Program-made: the position numbers and the translations under genes
In this document: positions 26,365-39,684 of the stretch, in pieces
Numbering within the stretch: the stretch's first letter is position 1
Layout: each line of letters starts with the position of its first letter
Notes under the pieces: model-generated
Seen by the model: the letters and a program-made list of their open reading frames with translations, nothing else
Database searches by the model: none
What the model was told of the DNA's origin: nothing
DNA from: Octopus sinensis
Taxonomy: Eukaryota
NCBI RefSeq assembly: GCF_006345805.1
Contig: NC_043012.1
Location: forward strand, 33,542,001-33,606,000
Direction of reading: 5' to 3'
DNA length: 64,000 nt

Positions 26365-28324
26365 AAAAGGAAACCGTTAGAGAAACAAAACAGAACAGAG
26401 GCGGAGCAAAAACCAAATCGAACTATGCTCCTAAGAGTGTAACGCACGGTTGCAACGCCAGATGGTTGTACTCCAACCGTGCTTTACTGCTGTGATTTTT
26501 GCTACTAAGGTATCGGTTAACTTTGATTAATCTACAACAAGTTTAGCATCTTTCTATTCACATATATATATATATATATATCATTTATACACGCAAATAC
26601 AATTATTATATATATCACATCATCATATGGACCGACCAGGCTATCATGTTGTGTTACGCATCGCTGGTCACAATGCACTTTGCATTGTTTTGGCCTTCAA
26701 ATGACGCCACCCCGCTGGCTAAGCGAGCAGGCCACATATACACTAACGCAGAAACGGATCCTTACTGAATATGGTACTTCGTCAGTGCGTCTTGGGCGAT
26801 GCCAAGCAGCTATAGTCATACTTTGTGTCGTATACAGCTCTGCAACTCTTTCTTTTGACCGAGCTGAAGTACTAACTCAAGTGCAAGGCGAGAATGGGCT
26901 TTTAGCATCTGAAGTGTTATGTAACATGCAGTGCAGCCTATAAACTAGATCACGTGGTCACCTATGCTGACATATTATAGAAGAAGGATTTATGGAGAAT
27001 ATGTGGAGATACTAGGTAGTCTCATCTCGAAGGCATTCTTAATGTATATTATGGACATTTTCAAAATCGTTTGGCTTGGCAATGCCATAGAGGGTATTAT
27101 CTGTTCGGGATGAGCCCTACAGTTATGGCCGTGTTTTAGTTGCCCGCAAACAAACTTTGTGAGATGAATGCAATGTTGATTTGTTGGTTTATATCGAAAA
27201 GCTGCTAACACATGCTTGATGCCTACCGCTATCAGCCAAATCTGGCATGGAGTTCGAACCAGAATCTTCCTTCGGTAATGAAAGCTAAACAAGTCTCTTC
27301 TATCCGAAGATATGATATAGGAAATTATATGGTGCTCGGGGCTGAATGTCTTGAGGACGAAGCATTCCTCTCAGAAAAATCCCCTATGAGCTTCTTCAAG
27401 TATCACAGGAGATGGTGAGGGCAGAAAAGGAGGTGCTTTTCTCCAGTAAAATATATAAAAAGTGGGTGAAAGAAGAATAATAGACATGACTAAATGAGCA
27501 CATACTAACCTCACGTTTATAGATTTGCCACAAGGATAAGAATTGGATGATACAGAAGTTTTTTTCAAGAATTCTTACAAGTAATCTTGGTAGTATCTAT
27601 ATGGGTTGTGGCCATATAGAACAAAGTGTTCAATATTGTCCAGAGAGTCAGCAAAATGATTATAGAAAATTTAAATATTGACTTCAGAGTAAGTATTTTG
27701 AAATCTTATCCACTTTGCATTAATACTTCATGTACTTTTATAAGTCTTTGAAAAGTCGTTACCATAATATTTAACAAGAGGAATATATAGCCATTAATCA
27801 TTTTGCTATATATTTGCTTAACACTTTCTTTAATTCTATATCTGCAAGACGTCTCATTTTAAAATGTTCACATTCAAATTCTAACCAACAATTATAATTT
27901 TGAATAAGAACATTTAATAAGAACTTTTTTAATAATTGAAACACCATACAACGAAAGAAATATATATTTTACTAAATCCTTCCAAATCATGAAATATTTT
28001 CAAAATTAATTGAAATTAAATCTGTAATTTATTGGAAATATAGTCATATAAAGGTTATCCAGTAACTCTTCCATAATTATAAATTGCCTATGTGCATCGA
28101 TTAATTTTGGAATTAATCAAGAATTTTTCCAGTGGAGGAGACTTAATAGAGCATAATAACTTAATATTCATTATCAAGCTGGATGTTTGGAATATAATTA
28201 AACAAATGGTTCTTATAAAAATGATGGAGCGGTTTTTAAATTTAAATTTCAACTTATTATAAAAGAAACCTATTACACATACTATTGGAGGCGTTATCAA
28301 GTGTTGTTGGTAGCCAATGAGTTA

Positions 28325-28359
28325 AATAATAATGATGTTAATAATAATAATAATAAATA

Positions 28360-28401
<42 letters not shown>

Positions 28402-28590
28402 TAATAATAATAATCGTAATTAATACTATAATAATAATAATAATAAAATAATAATAAAATAATAATAATAATATAATAATAATTAATATAATAATAATAA
28501 TAATAAGAAGAAGAAGAGAAGAAGAAGAAGAAGAAGATGAGGATGATGATGATCATGATGATCATGATCATGACGTTGATGAAGATGATG
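28325..28590. repeat. (AAT)n/(AAG)n/(GAT)n compound microsatellite
   Basis: Directly visible. Confidence 0.9.
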
Positions 28591-29214
28591 AACTCCGTTA
28601 AATAATATATTTACCCAAACCATTTTCCTTTAGTTGCTTTTTTTTTAATATTTATATTTTGTTTTATTTTATTTTTCAAAATCTGTTTTCATATTGGCAG
28701 CAGCGTGCTACCTTCACTTCAAAGTAAGACATCACGAGAAGAGCTGAGTTATTGGAAATCATGGCGTTCTTTTTCTTCGTTTTTTTTCTTTCTTTTTTTT
28801 TTTTTTTTTTTTTCACTTTCTTGTTCAAGACACAAACATGTCGCAGAGCGGAATTTAGTAGAATATGGACAAGAAAGTATTACTCTTCGCAACATTAAGA
28901 AGCATCATCATTATCAGGCAGTCCATTTATGCAAAGTTACTTAAAAGTAAAAGAAATAACATAAATATGGATATAAATAGAATAAAAAGAAAAATTCTAA
29001 AAATTGCTAATAAGTATGAAAAAAATACTAAAATATGTAGTAAACGTATGAAGATTTTTTAAAAGCTTTAGCGGTAGTTTTATTTAAAATTAATTATTCC
29101 AACTTCAGATATAGTCAAGAATTGAAAAAAAAAATCATTTAATTTGTTCCTTAAAGTTTCATAGAAAAGAGAAAAACCTTTTAACTATAAAGACGTATAA
29201 ATATATATGGAGCA

Positions 29215-29745
29215 TCTCGTACACACACGCACGCATGCGTACACATGTGCTCGCATGCACACACACATACACGCGTGCACGCACACACACATGCACATAT
29301 ACATGCATTCACACACACACATGTATATATTTATATAAATAGAATAACAAAAACACGCAAAAATTGAAATATATAGATGTATGTGTATGTATGCTTGTAT
29401 GTGTGTGTGTGTGAGTATGTATGTATGTATATATATATACATACATATTTATATATATATACATATATACATATACATATATATATCCATATACATACAT
29501 ATATACACTCACAGACGCGCACACACACGCACACGCACACATACAAATACACGCGCGTGCACACACACCACATACACACACATATATACATATATATATA
29601 TATACACATATATATATACATATATATATACATATATATACATATATATATACATATATATATATACATATATATATATATATTATATGCGCCACACCAC
29701 ACACACACATATATATACATATATATATACATATATATAATACAT

Positions 29746-29800
<55 letters not shown>

Positions 29801-29885
29801 GCGCACACACACACACACACACACACATATACATGCCACACACATACACAGTGGGAGGAGAGACACACACATACATACACACTCC
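29215..29885. repeat. (CA)/(TA) compound microsatellite
   Basis: Directly visible; source of spurious ORFs. Confidence 0.9.
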
Positions 29886-30439
29886 TATGGTGCAATTCTT
29901 TTTCACTGCTCACAAGCTCATTATACGAACAGGAATATGGCGTAAACTTTGGTCATACATAAGCGTTTGAGTCTGAGTAGAAGGAAGAGGAAATCTTTAT
30001 TTATGGTTTTAATATTTAAGTAAACAACGTATTCATAAAACATAAAAAAAAAAGAAACTCATAAATTCTATTTGATGTGCGGTTGATAGAGAGAGAGAGA
30101 GAGGGAGGAGTAGTTCCGTACGATCACCTCCGATATCTTCTCTTCATACGAAATAAGTAATGTGAACAAACCTTCCAGAAAATACACACTCACGTACATA
30201 TATATACGAGCAAATCTTCCAGCACGCACATAAAATATCATATATTTTTAGTTTCTTTTGCCGGGCCATTGGCATGTGCAATCTTAAGTATTTAGCTAAA
30301 GTCTACTAACTTTGACGGAAACAGTTTTTCATGTTGCTTTAGTGTAAAGGTTAACACATCCATACTGCAGGAGATACTACACCTTCTTTCCACCTTGTTT
30401 ATATGTATGTATATATGTATATACATACATACATACATA

Positions 30440-30745
30440 CAACCCTATTATCAACCCTATTATCAACCCTATTATCTCCCCTTATTTCGCTCTCGCGTCT
30501 CATGTTTGATCTTTGACCTCTGGCCGAAATCAGATCGCCATGTTGATTCGTTAGCTACTGCACGCATTTTTTTCTCTCCTTCTTTCTGTGTTTTTTTTTC
30601 TCTCTGTGTATCTTTCTGTTGAAGAGCGTAGGCTCGAAACGTTAAAGACTTGTTTTATTTATATTTCCTGAGCGCCATACTAATACAATTGTTCGTTTGT
30701 TTTCCACCTGCCTTCGTCTTTTGTCTATTTTCATAAAGCTTCCCG

Positions 30746-30748
<3 letters not shown>
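30440..30748 (+). mobile_element. Short hammerhead-bearing (Penelope-like terminal repeat) element, family H1
   Basis: Copies at 34285-34640 (-), 55543-55900 (-), 48040-48210 (+); hammerhead-like core at 30611-30648. Confidence 0.75.
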
Positions 30749-30776
<28 letters not shown>

Positions 30777-30840
30777 CATACATACATGCATACATGCATA
30801 TATGTGTATATATATATATATATGTACATATGTATACATG

Positions 30841-30880
<40 letters not shown>

Positions 30881-30888
30881 GTGTGTGT

Positions 30889-31198
30889 GTGGAGGCGCAA
30901 TGGCCCAGTGGTTAGGGCAGCGGACTCGCAGTCGTAGGATCGTGGTTTCAATTCCCAGACCGGGCGGGGTTGGTGGTGATCCCTGCTGTACTCTTTCACC
31001 ACAACTTTCTCTCACTCTTACTTCCTGTTTCTGTTGTAGGGGCCGGCCTTGTCGCTCTCTGTGTCACGCTGAATATCCCCGAGAACTACGTTAAGGGTAC
31101 ACATGTCTGTGGAGTGCTCAGCCACTTACACGTTAATTTCACGAGCAGGCTGTTCATTGATTCGGGTCAACCGGAACCCTCATCGGAGTGCTTCCACC
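30889..31198 (+). mobile_element. SINE family C head with tail X
   Basis: tRNA-Arg-like head; the tail from ~31043 is shared with 34120-34278. Confidence 0.88.
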
Positions 31199-31199
31199 A

Positions 31200-31251
<52 letters not shown>

Positions 31252-31307
31252 TATAGTATATAAAATAGGCGATGGGATGTGCATTCGAATTTTTTTAAGT
31301 GGCAACA

Positions 31308-31350
31308 TGCAACACGTTTCGACCCGTCGTTCTGGGCTTCTTCGGGTACA
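31308..31350 (-). ncRNA. Degenerate hammerhead-like motif, probably inactive
   Basis: Minus strand: tgtac-CCGAAGA-agccc..gggtc-GAAA-cg-TG; G at the cleavage site; in a (TA)n-flanked segment. Confidence 0.35.
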
Positions 31351-31967
31351 ACACCAGGAAACCTAACCTGTGCCGGCGCTATACACATCATCTATTTATA
31401 CATCTTGCACAATTTTTCCATGATATATATATAAATATACACACACACATATGTGTGAGTGTGTATGTGTGTGTGAGTGTGTATGTGTGTATGTGCGCAT
31501 GTGCGTGTGAATGTCTGTGTTTGTGTTTCTCCCCACTCAACCGCTTGATAATGCATTACGTACATATGTATGTAATGTACACAGACAGACAGACACACAC
31601 ACACACACACACACACACACCACACACACATATGAAAAAACTGTAAGTTCATTAATTTAATGGATGTTTATAAAGGAGAACAAAGACAAGATGGGTTTCC
31701 AATCTGAATGCATCCATATTTTACAGGCGACTGCGTCGTAGGAAATACTATGGCAGCACAGGGTTAATATAATTCGCCATCTAGGAGAAATGAAAGGGAG
31801 AAAAAATAATATAATCAACGAAATGAATCTGTGTAAAAAGAAGGAAAATATAATTTAAATATTTAAAATCATGAAAAAGTATGGATACGTTCACACATAC
31901 GTATTTATATATCATTATATTTTTGTATATATAAACAAGCCTATAAGCATATATATATGTATGTACA

Positions 31968-32013
<46 letters not shown>

Positions 32014-32071
32014 CATTGATATACATACGTACATACATTCATATATATGTATGTGCATGTATGTATATATA

Positions 32072-32115
<44 letters not shown>

Positions 32116-32689
32116 CCTATATGTATACATATATATATTGTAATATCATTTATTTTTGTATATATAAACATTTCTATAGCATATATATATATATAGATAT
32201 ATAATATATCTATATATATATATATTATATATATATAATATACATTGATATACATACATACGTACATACATTCATATATATGTATGTGCATGTGCATATA
32301 TATATAAATATATAAATGCCTATATGTATACATCTATATTTGTGTATGTATATATGTATGTATGTATATGCATATATAAGTAGATATGTATATATATATA
32401 TATGGGTGGGGAGGCGTTCCTGTGAGTTGGCGTGTGTAAGAAAGTTCACATTAGTAGTAATTGATGGCAAGAATATTCAGGTGAATTATGCTCTTTAACT
32501 GCCACCATCGCCCCTCCCCAATCGCCCCCCCCCCCAACGCACTCCACGCTTCTGTAATAGGTACCAACCCTTCATCACATCAGTTTGTACTTGCTTCAAC
32601 TTTCACAACACAATGGACACATCAAATGGAGGAGAAGGCAAGAGAAGAAGAAAAAATTGTCTTTTATATATACGCCATAAAGATAATTG

Positions 32690-33697
32690 AAACGATGACG
32701 ACGACGACGACGACGACCACAACGGCAATGGCGACTGCAGTAACAACAACAACAATAACAACAACAACAACAATATCAGCACCAGAAGCAGCAAAAGCAG
32801 CAGCAGCAGCAACGGCAGGAGCAGCAGTAGCATCATATTCAACGGCAGCTTCGATATCGGTACCACAACCACCATCGATATTATCATTGTCGTCGTCTTC
32901 GTCACCACCATCATCATCATCGTAATCATCATCATCACCATTATTAACAACAACATCGATATCACCGCCCTCATCACCGTCGTCATCACCGTCGTCATCA
33001 TCGTCATCATCATCGTCATCATCATCATTTTCATCGTCGTTGTTGTTGTTGTCATCAACATCGTCGTGAGCACAAATAGTACCAATAACATCACTATCTT
33101 CATCATCATCATCGTAGTTATTACCATCTTCCTCTTCTTCTTCCGCCTCCTCCTCCTCCTCGCCTCCCTCCTCCTTATCATCATTACTACCATGGACACA
33201 ACAACAACTACACGATGAGCGCAACATCATGACGAATACTGTCAACAGTATCATCTTTATCATCACCATCATCATCAGCAGCAGCAGCATCATTATCATC
33301 ATCACCATCGTCATCATCATGAACAATCAGAACCACCACCACCACCATCAGCAGTAGTAACAACAACATCAACAACAGCAGTGGCAACAGTTGTATCATC
33401 ATCTACATCAACATCATCATTATCATCATAATCATCCATCTTCTCATCACCTCCTCCTTCTCCTCTTCCTTCTCCTCTTCCTTCTCCTTCTCCTCCTCAT
33501 CATCATCACCAGCATCGTCAACATCATCATCATCATCATCTACAACAACAAATATAGGAATGTGGCGAAACCAATTGCAGTTGCCAGCAAGAACTCCAAC
33601 GGAATTAACGGAGGCCCCCACAAAACAGTAAGCAACAATGATTGCAAGAACATCGGGAACATCAACAATGAATACGACAAATACAACATCAACAGCA
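32690..33697. repeat. Mixed trinucleotide low-complexity region (CAT/CAA/CAG/CTC)
   Basis: Directly visible; explains the poly-M/poly-D/poly-H ORFs. Confidence 0.85.
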
Positions 33698-33933
33698 GTG
33701 GAGGCGCAATGGCCCAATGGTTAGGGCAGCGGACTCGCGGTCGGAGGATCGCAGTTTCGTTGTGTGTGTTTATTGAGCGGGTGATGTGCTTGTTTATGAG
33801 AGAAACACCTAAGCGCCACAACCTTCTCTCACTCTCCCCTCTTGCAGCTCACCTGCGACGGACCTTCCAGGTGAGGAACCTATACGGCAAGGAAACCGTC
33901 TCTTATGAGTCAGGCGTGGCTCGAGAAGGAACA
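33698..33933 (+). mobile_element. SINE family C head with tail Y, internally deleted
   Basis: gtggaggcgcaatggcccaatggttagggcagcggactcgcgg head. Confidence 0.8.
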
Positions 33934-33956
33934 AATATATCTATATATATAACAGG

Positions 33957-34278
33957 GTGAGGGCGCGTGGCTTAGTGGTTAGGGCATTCGGCTCATGATC
34001 GTAAGGTTGTGAGTTCGATTCCCGGCGACGCGTTGTGTCCTTGAGCAAGACACTTTATTTCACGTTGCTCCAGTCCACTCAGCTGGCAAAAATGAGTTGT
34101 ACTTATATTTCAAAGGGTCAGCCTTGTCACTCTCTGTGTCACGCTGATTATCCCCAAGAACTACGTTAAGGGTACACGTGTCTGTGGAATGCTCAGTCAT
34201 TTGCACGTTAATTTCACGAGCAAGCTGTTCCGTTGATCGTATCAGCTGGGACCCTCGTCGTCGTAACCGGCGGAGTCT
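33957..34278 (+). mobile_element. CORE-like SINE family D head with tail X
   Basis: A box tggcttagtgg, B box gttcgattccc, CORE-like tgtccttgagcaagacacttt. Confidence 0.88.
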
Positions 34279-34284
34279 TTTAAT

Positions 34285-34640
34285 ATATAACAGGAAGCTT
34301 TACGAAAATAAACAAAAGACGAAGGCAGGTGGAGTACAAACAAACAATTGTATTAGTATGGTGCTCAGGAATAGAAATAAAACAAGTCTTTTACGTTTCG
34401 AGCCTACGCTCTTCAACAGAAAGATACACAGAAAAGAAACACGGAGAGAAACAAGGAGAGAAAAAAATGCGTGCAGGAGCTAACGAATCAACATGGTAGT
34501 CTGATTTCGGCCAGAAGTCAGAGATCAGATGTTAGACGCAAGAGGGATAGTAGGGGAGATAACAGGCTTAAATGACCTCGCCCCAACATAAGGATGCGTG
34601 TGTGTATGAGAGAGCATGTATGTGCGTATGAAAGGTCTGG
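34285..34640 (-). mobile_element. Hammerhead-bearing element family H1
   Basis: Reverse complement of 30440-30748; core at 34387-34424 with GUA cleavage triplet. Confidence 0.75.
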
Positions 34641-34699
34641 ACGTGTGTATGTATGTATGATGTGATGTTTAATGTCGTATGTGTTGTAGTGTAGTGTGT

Positions 34700-35270
34700 A
34701 GTGTGGTGGGAGGTGGGGAAAGCCCATGGGGTGGGGGTGGGTTTGGTGGGGGTTTGGGCGAGTGGAGGAGAGTGGAGGGGATGGAGAGTGGGGAGGAGAG
34801 AGAAGGAGTGAGAGAGAGAGAGAGAGGAAGTGGAGTGGAGGAGAGAGAGGGGAGGAGGAGGAGGGAGGAGAGAGAGGGGGAGAGAGATGAAGGGAGGAGA
34901 TGAGAGGGAGAGGGAGGGCGGAGGAGGAGAGAGAGAAGATGTGAGGTGAGAGGAGAAGAAAGAGAGATAGGAGGAGAGGAGAGGGAGAGAGGGAGGAGAG
35001 GTAGGGAGTGGGAAGAGAGGAGAGGAGAGAGGGAATGGGGAAGGGAGGGAGAGTGAGGGGAAGGAAGGAGAGGAGAGGGAAGGGAGAGAGAGGGAAGGAG
35101 AGGAGAAGAGGAGGGGATGGGAAAGGAGGAGAAGAAGGGAAGAGAAGGGAGTGAGGAGCAGAGAAAGAGAGAAGGGGAAGAGGGAAGAAGAAAGAGGAAA
35201 GAAGAGGAGGGAAAGAGAGTGGGCTGAAAAGATGAAGGACTGAAGAGAAGTAGGAGTCGGGGGGAGGTTA
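34700..35270. repeat. G/A-rich polypurine tract
   Basis: Directly visible. Confidence 0.85.
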
Positions 35271-35486
35271 GAATATATATATATATTATATTCTCTTATA
35301 CATATTGTACTTATTGTATCATATTACTCCCTTATGGATACTGTTTTGTCCTATATTATTATTATTATTATGTTTGACCTTAAAGTTTCTTATGTGGTGG
35401 TTTAATAAAGTATCTGATTGGGTATTATCTGGTAGTTGATATTTGATTTGGATGTATTTCTCCATTTTCTTATTTTGTATATATAT

Positions 35487-35536
<50 letters not shown>

Positions 35537-35870
35537 AATTAATAAATAAATAAAACGTATGCATATACATACATATATGTACGTACCTACCTTACATGTA
35601 TATATACATGCATAATGGGTACAGGACACCAAAAAAAAACGTCGAACACAATGAGAAACGAAAACATAAACACAAACCAAGGAAAAGGAAATGGCATTTT
35701 TCTTAACAACGAAAAAATAGAGTACAGGACATACAAAACAAGGGAAATTCCCCTTCTTCAGTCGCCTTTGTTTCATCTACTCCACGTTTCGAAGATCAAT
35801 GTATATCATATGTTATAATTATAAACAGGGTAAATTTTAGCCATTTCTCGGCAGACTGAAAAAAAATGAT

Positions 35871-35922
35871 GAACAACCTTAATCGATTTTCTAACCTTAT
35901 TGAGTTCTCATCAGAGGCGTCC
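35871..35922 (-). ncRNA. Minimal type-I hammerhead ribozyme, copy 1 of tandem pair
   Basis: ggacgcct-CTGATGA-gaact caataa ggtta-GAAA-atcgat-TA-aggttgttc; the first stem II pair is a G-A mismatch. Confidence 0.7.
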
Positions 35923-36176
35923 ACACCATTCTGACAGTCTGCAGAGAAAAATGCAGAGAAAAACTGTTTATATACTCAACAAATGCAGCAGTTTCTCTAT
36001 GAAGGAGTCCCTAATTTGCATACCAAAAGTATTAAACACTCTATAAATAGCAGCGGCCTATCAACGGAGATCTTAGCCCACACAATATCAAGCTATGATA
36101 TTATATGTTACATATTGTATGATTTCAAGGAGGGTAAATTTTAGCCATTTTTCTCCGCAGACTGAAAAAAAATGAT

Positions 36177-36228
36177 GAACAACCTTAATCGATTTTCAAA
36201 CCTTAATGGATTCTCATCAGAGGCGTCT
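36177..36228 (-). ncRNA. Minimal type-I hammerhead ribozyme, copy 2 of tandem pair
   Basis: agacgcct-CTGATGA-gaatc cattaa ggttt-GAAA-atcgat-TA-aggttgttc; canonical core, palindromic stem III. Confidence 0.78.
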
Positions 36229-36421
36229 ACATATATATATAAAGAGAAACTTATTAAGTAGTGCAATATTCAGTAAAACAAAAGCATCACCAGGTTAAAG
36301 TATAAATAAGAGCATGGTACAGCAATGCTCCAATATTTACTGCAAATAGCAGTCGATAATATACGACGCTATAGTAAAGCTTCACTGTATATAATATATA
36401 TATATATATATAATATATATA

Positions 36422-36456
<35 letters not shown>

Positions 36457-36578
36457 GTGTGTGTGTGTGTTTGTGTGTGTGTGTTGTGTGAGTGTGTGTG
36501 TGTGTGGTGTGTGTGGTGTGTATGTGTATTGTGTGAGTGGTGTGTTGTGTGCGTGTGTGTGTGTAGTGTATATATATG

Positions 36579-36616
<38 letters not shown>

Positions 36617-36710
36617 AATATTATGGAATAAATCCAAACTTACAGGGAAAAATCAGATTTAGGATTGAATCCAATTTTATAGTAAAATATTATATTTTGT
36701 CTCTAATTTA

Positions 36711-36764
<54 letters not shown>

Positions 36765-37415
36765 ATATATATGTATCTATCTATCTATCTATCTATATAA
36801 CTACAATAGAAATGTTTCCTAGAGAGTTCTAGTTGACTTTTACCTAAATGCTGCTCTTTTACCAATTTTCTTCTGTGCTAAACGATAAAAAAAAAAGAGA
36901 GAGAATGAGAAAGAGAGAAAGAGAGAGACAAAGACAGAGACAGAAACAGCCAGATAGGAGGCAGAATAAGGAAGAACGATTGGTAAACAGATAAAGAGAA
37001 AAGAGACAAACGGACAGGGAGAGACAATGAGATAAGGCGTGACAGAGAGACAAAGACAGAAAGAATGCGAAGCCTTTTGTGAAATCCAATAATAAAATAT
37101 TCCATTGAATGACGTCATCTTCGGCAGTTTCGGCTGGCTGATTGGTTGACTGTCCGTCCGTCTTTCTGGCTGTTTGACTGTCTGTCTGACTTGGTTGGTT
37201 GGTTGGCTGGCTGGTTGGCTGGCTGAGGAGGCTCATTAGGGAACACAGATCTGTGATATGTCCAGAACAGTTGATATGTTGATTCTACTACATTGGGGAC
37301 ACATTGATAAACAGTCTTCAATCACATCTCGTTAGCAGACTGAATCTATTGTGAGATGTTAAAATGTATTTAGGAAGTACTTTTACCTGACCGCACACAC
37401 ACACACACACGCACA

Positions 37416-37476
<61 letters not shown>

Positions 37477-38953
37477 ACGCACACGCTCACGCACATAATT
37501 ACGCGCGTGCAAGCGCTAACTTAAGTTTTCGTTAACGCTAGCTTGATTCCGCTTGCAGGCAGACTCCTGCTGATGGCAATAATAGTAACAATAACCACAA
37601 CAGCAACAGCAACAATTACAACATTAACAACAACAACAACAAGAACAACAACAACGTCAGCAACAACAATAATCCTAATAATCATTTTATTCTTTAATTC
37701 TGGCAAAAGTTCGAAGTTCGAAGAGAAACAAAAATTTGAAACTTTCCCTAATGGTTGCAGAAAAAGTGAAATGTGAATGACAAACAGGCTTAGAAACAGG
37801 AAAAGGAGTGGTGAAAGACATTATACAACGCATCAATGTTCGTATTAAGGTCTTAAAGTACATATATTCTGACTGAAATAAATAAAATGTATGATAAAAC
37901 GTACAACTTTAAAAGAAATAAAACACGAACGATTACTTGCTGAGTTGAGTTTAGCTACTTACTCATTTACCATTTCTCGAACTGCGTGCAAATGTAACCA
38001 AATGCACCAGTAAGCATTTTTTTAAACATTTAGTGTTGAAAAAGCTCCGTCATTGTAATAACTAGTTTCTTTTTACGAGTAATCTATCATTTGTATGTTT
38101 CTTATAAATTTCAACTTATTGGTTATGTGTCACTCTAACTCTTGGGAAGTCTGTGGCACCACAGATGCGTATTTTGTCTCTTAATTATTTGTTCCATTAT
38201 CAAAGGTTGGTTAATCATTGTTCTTCTATGTCCTCTTAATTTTCTTGGTTATCTTCCCAAGGAGGAATATTATTGTTTTGAAGAAACGGTTCCTTCTCAC
38301 CCATTTTTGTTGCTTTATGTTAAATCTTCTGGGTTTTTTTCTCCCGAGATTTTTCTCATTTTTTTTCTGTTCGTTTCTTCACGAAATAATACGTGGATTT
38401 TCATCCTCAAACATCATTTCTTCCTCATCGCACAACGATGGAGTTGTACAATAAGTTTGTATTATCATGGGACGATAATTGCTCATCTATTTTTAATGAA
38501 ATATACAAATATATTTTGCTTGTCATCCCTGACCTTTTGGCTGACGTTGATATGGAAACTAGGGTTTATTTTTATTTTTGTTGTTACTGTTGTCTCCATT
38601 ATTTCCGCTCCTTTTTTTATTTAGATTTTCCAATTCTTAGGGGCTATAAGCTTTATAACAAATGTAGTGACTAAGCTTTGGCTTCTGCCATCATTAATCT
38701 CATGCCCTTTGTCTCAGTACCTTCAACAAGGGGGGAAACTCTGGATTGGATTCGGATGTGAATAGGACTGTGAAGTTCGTTTTGGCGGCCTAGGCTACAT
38801 GTTGCCTACTTTATCCCAACTGTAACCACTTGCCCATATTGCTGTACAAAAGTGACAGCAAGGAACGTATCTATGACATTTCCGATGTCTCTTGTTGTCA
38901 CACTTGTATTTCTTTGACCAAAGTACTGAAGCACAGATGCATAGTCATAAATA

Positions 38954-39144
38954 GGCGTAGGAGTGGCTGTGTGGTAAGTAGCTTGCTTACCAACCACATG
39001 GTTTCGGGTTCAGTCCCACTGCGTGACACCTTGGCCAAGTGTCTTCCACTATGGCCTCGGGCCGACCAAAGTCTTGTGAGTGGATTTGGTAGACGGAAAC
39101 TGAAAGAAGCCCGTCGTATATAGTATATATATATGTATGTGTAT

Positions 39145-39178
<34 letters not shown>

Positions 39179-39191
39179 AATGTGTGGTGTG

Positions 39192-39226
<35 letters not shown>

Positions 39227-39407
39227 TATGTCTGTGTTTGTCTCCCAACGTCGCTTGACAACCGATGCTGGTGTGTTTATGTCCCCGTAACTTAGCGGTT
39301 CGGCAAAAGAGACCGATAGAATAAGTCCTGGTGTCGATTTGATCGACTAAAGGTGGTGCTCCAGCATGACCGCAGTCAAATGACTGAAACAAGTAAAAGA
39401 GTAAAAG
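38954..39407 (+). mobile_element. SINE family A, full-length reference copy with internal (TA)/(TG) microsatellite
   Basis: tRNA-like head (ggctgtgtggtaag..gggttcagtccc) and gtaaaagagtaaaag tail; about 9 related copies in the window. Confidence 0.92.
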
Positions 39408-39684
39408 CTTGAAAGAGTTATGTTTTGGCTCAGTCTCCAGTTCTAGAAGTACAACAGATAGTGCAACAGCATTTGTCCTTTTCAGTCGAAAGGACTTCTC
39501 CTGAGTTATTCTGAAATGTTTGTTGTACTTATTGTCATGAGGGTATATTTAGTACACTACCACGGAAGCAGAGTTATATACATTTTCTCTTTGCCGTCTC
39601 TTGGTTTAGGTCCTGTTGGATTTTACAAAATTCTCACATCTTTGTTTATTTTCTCTGGTTACTGTGATAGCCTAAGAATTCTAT

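Noticed and set aside
26960-28320. Unique-looking sequence with short ORFs, a possible host exon
   Set aside because: No recognisable domain, frequent stops and no convincing splice-bounded frame.
30889-30965. tRNA-Arg(TCG)-like sequence
   Set aside because: It is a multi-copy SINE head continuing into SINE body, with no proper acceptor stem; not a tRNA gene.
29185-32500. Many ORFs rich in Y/I/C/V/H/T
   Set aside because: Read-through of (TA)/(CA)/(TG) microsatellites; the same applies at 2.4, 36, 47, 56, 58 and 62-63 kb.
32488-33960. Acidic / His-rich ORFs
   Set aside because: Mixed triplet low complexity running into a SINE; no coding signal.
35735-35797. Minus-strand GAAA...CTGAAGA suggesting a type-II hammerhead (similar at 47800-47870)
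   Set aside because: No UH site or stem I/III pairing could be built; probably Penelope-like terminal fragments.
38100-38730. Possible decayed APE endonuclease on the minus strand (GTETK, AYSP, NKNG)
   Set aside because: Motifs are too short and wrongly spaced to support without a search.
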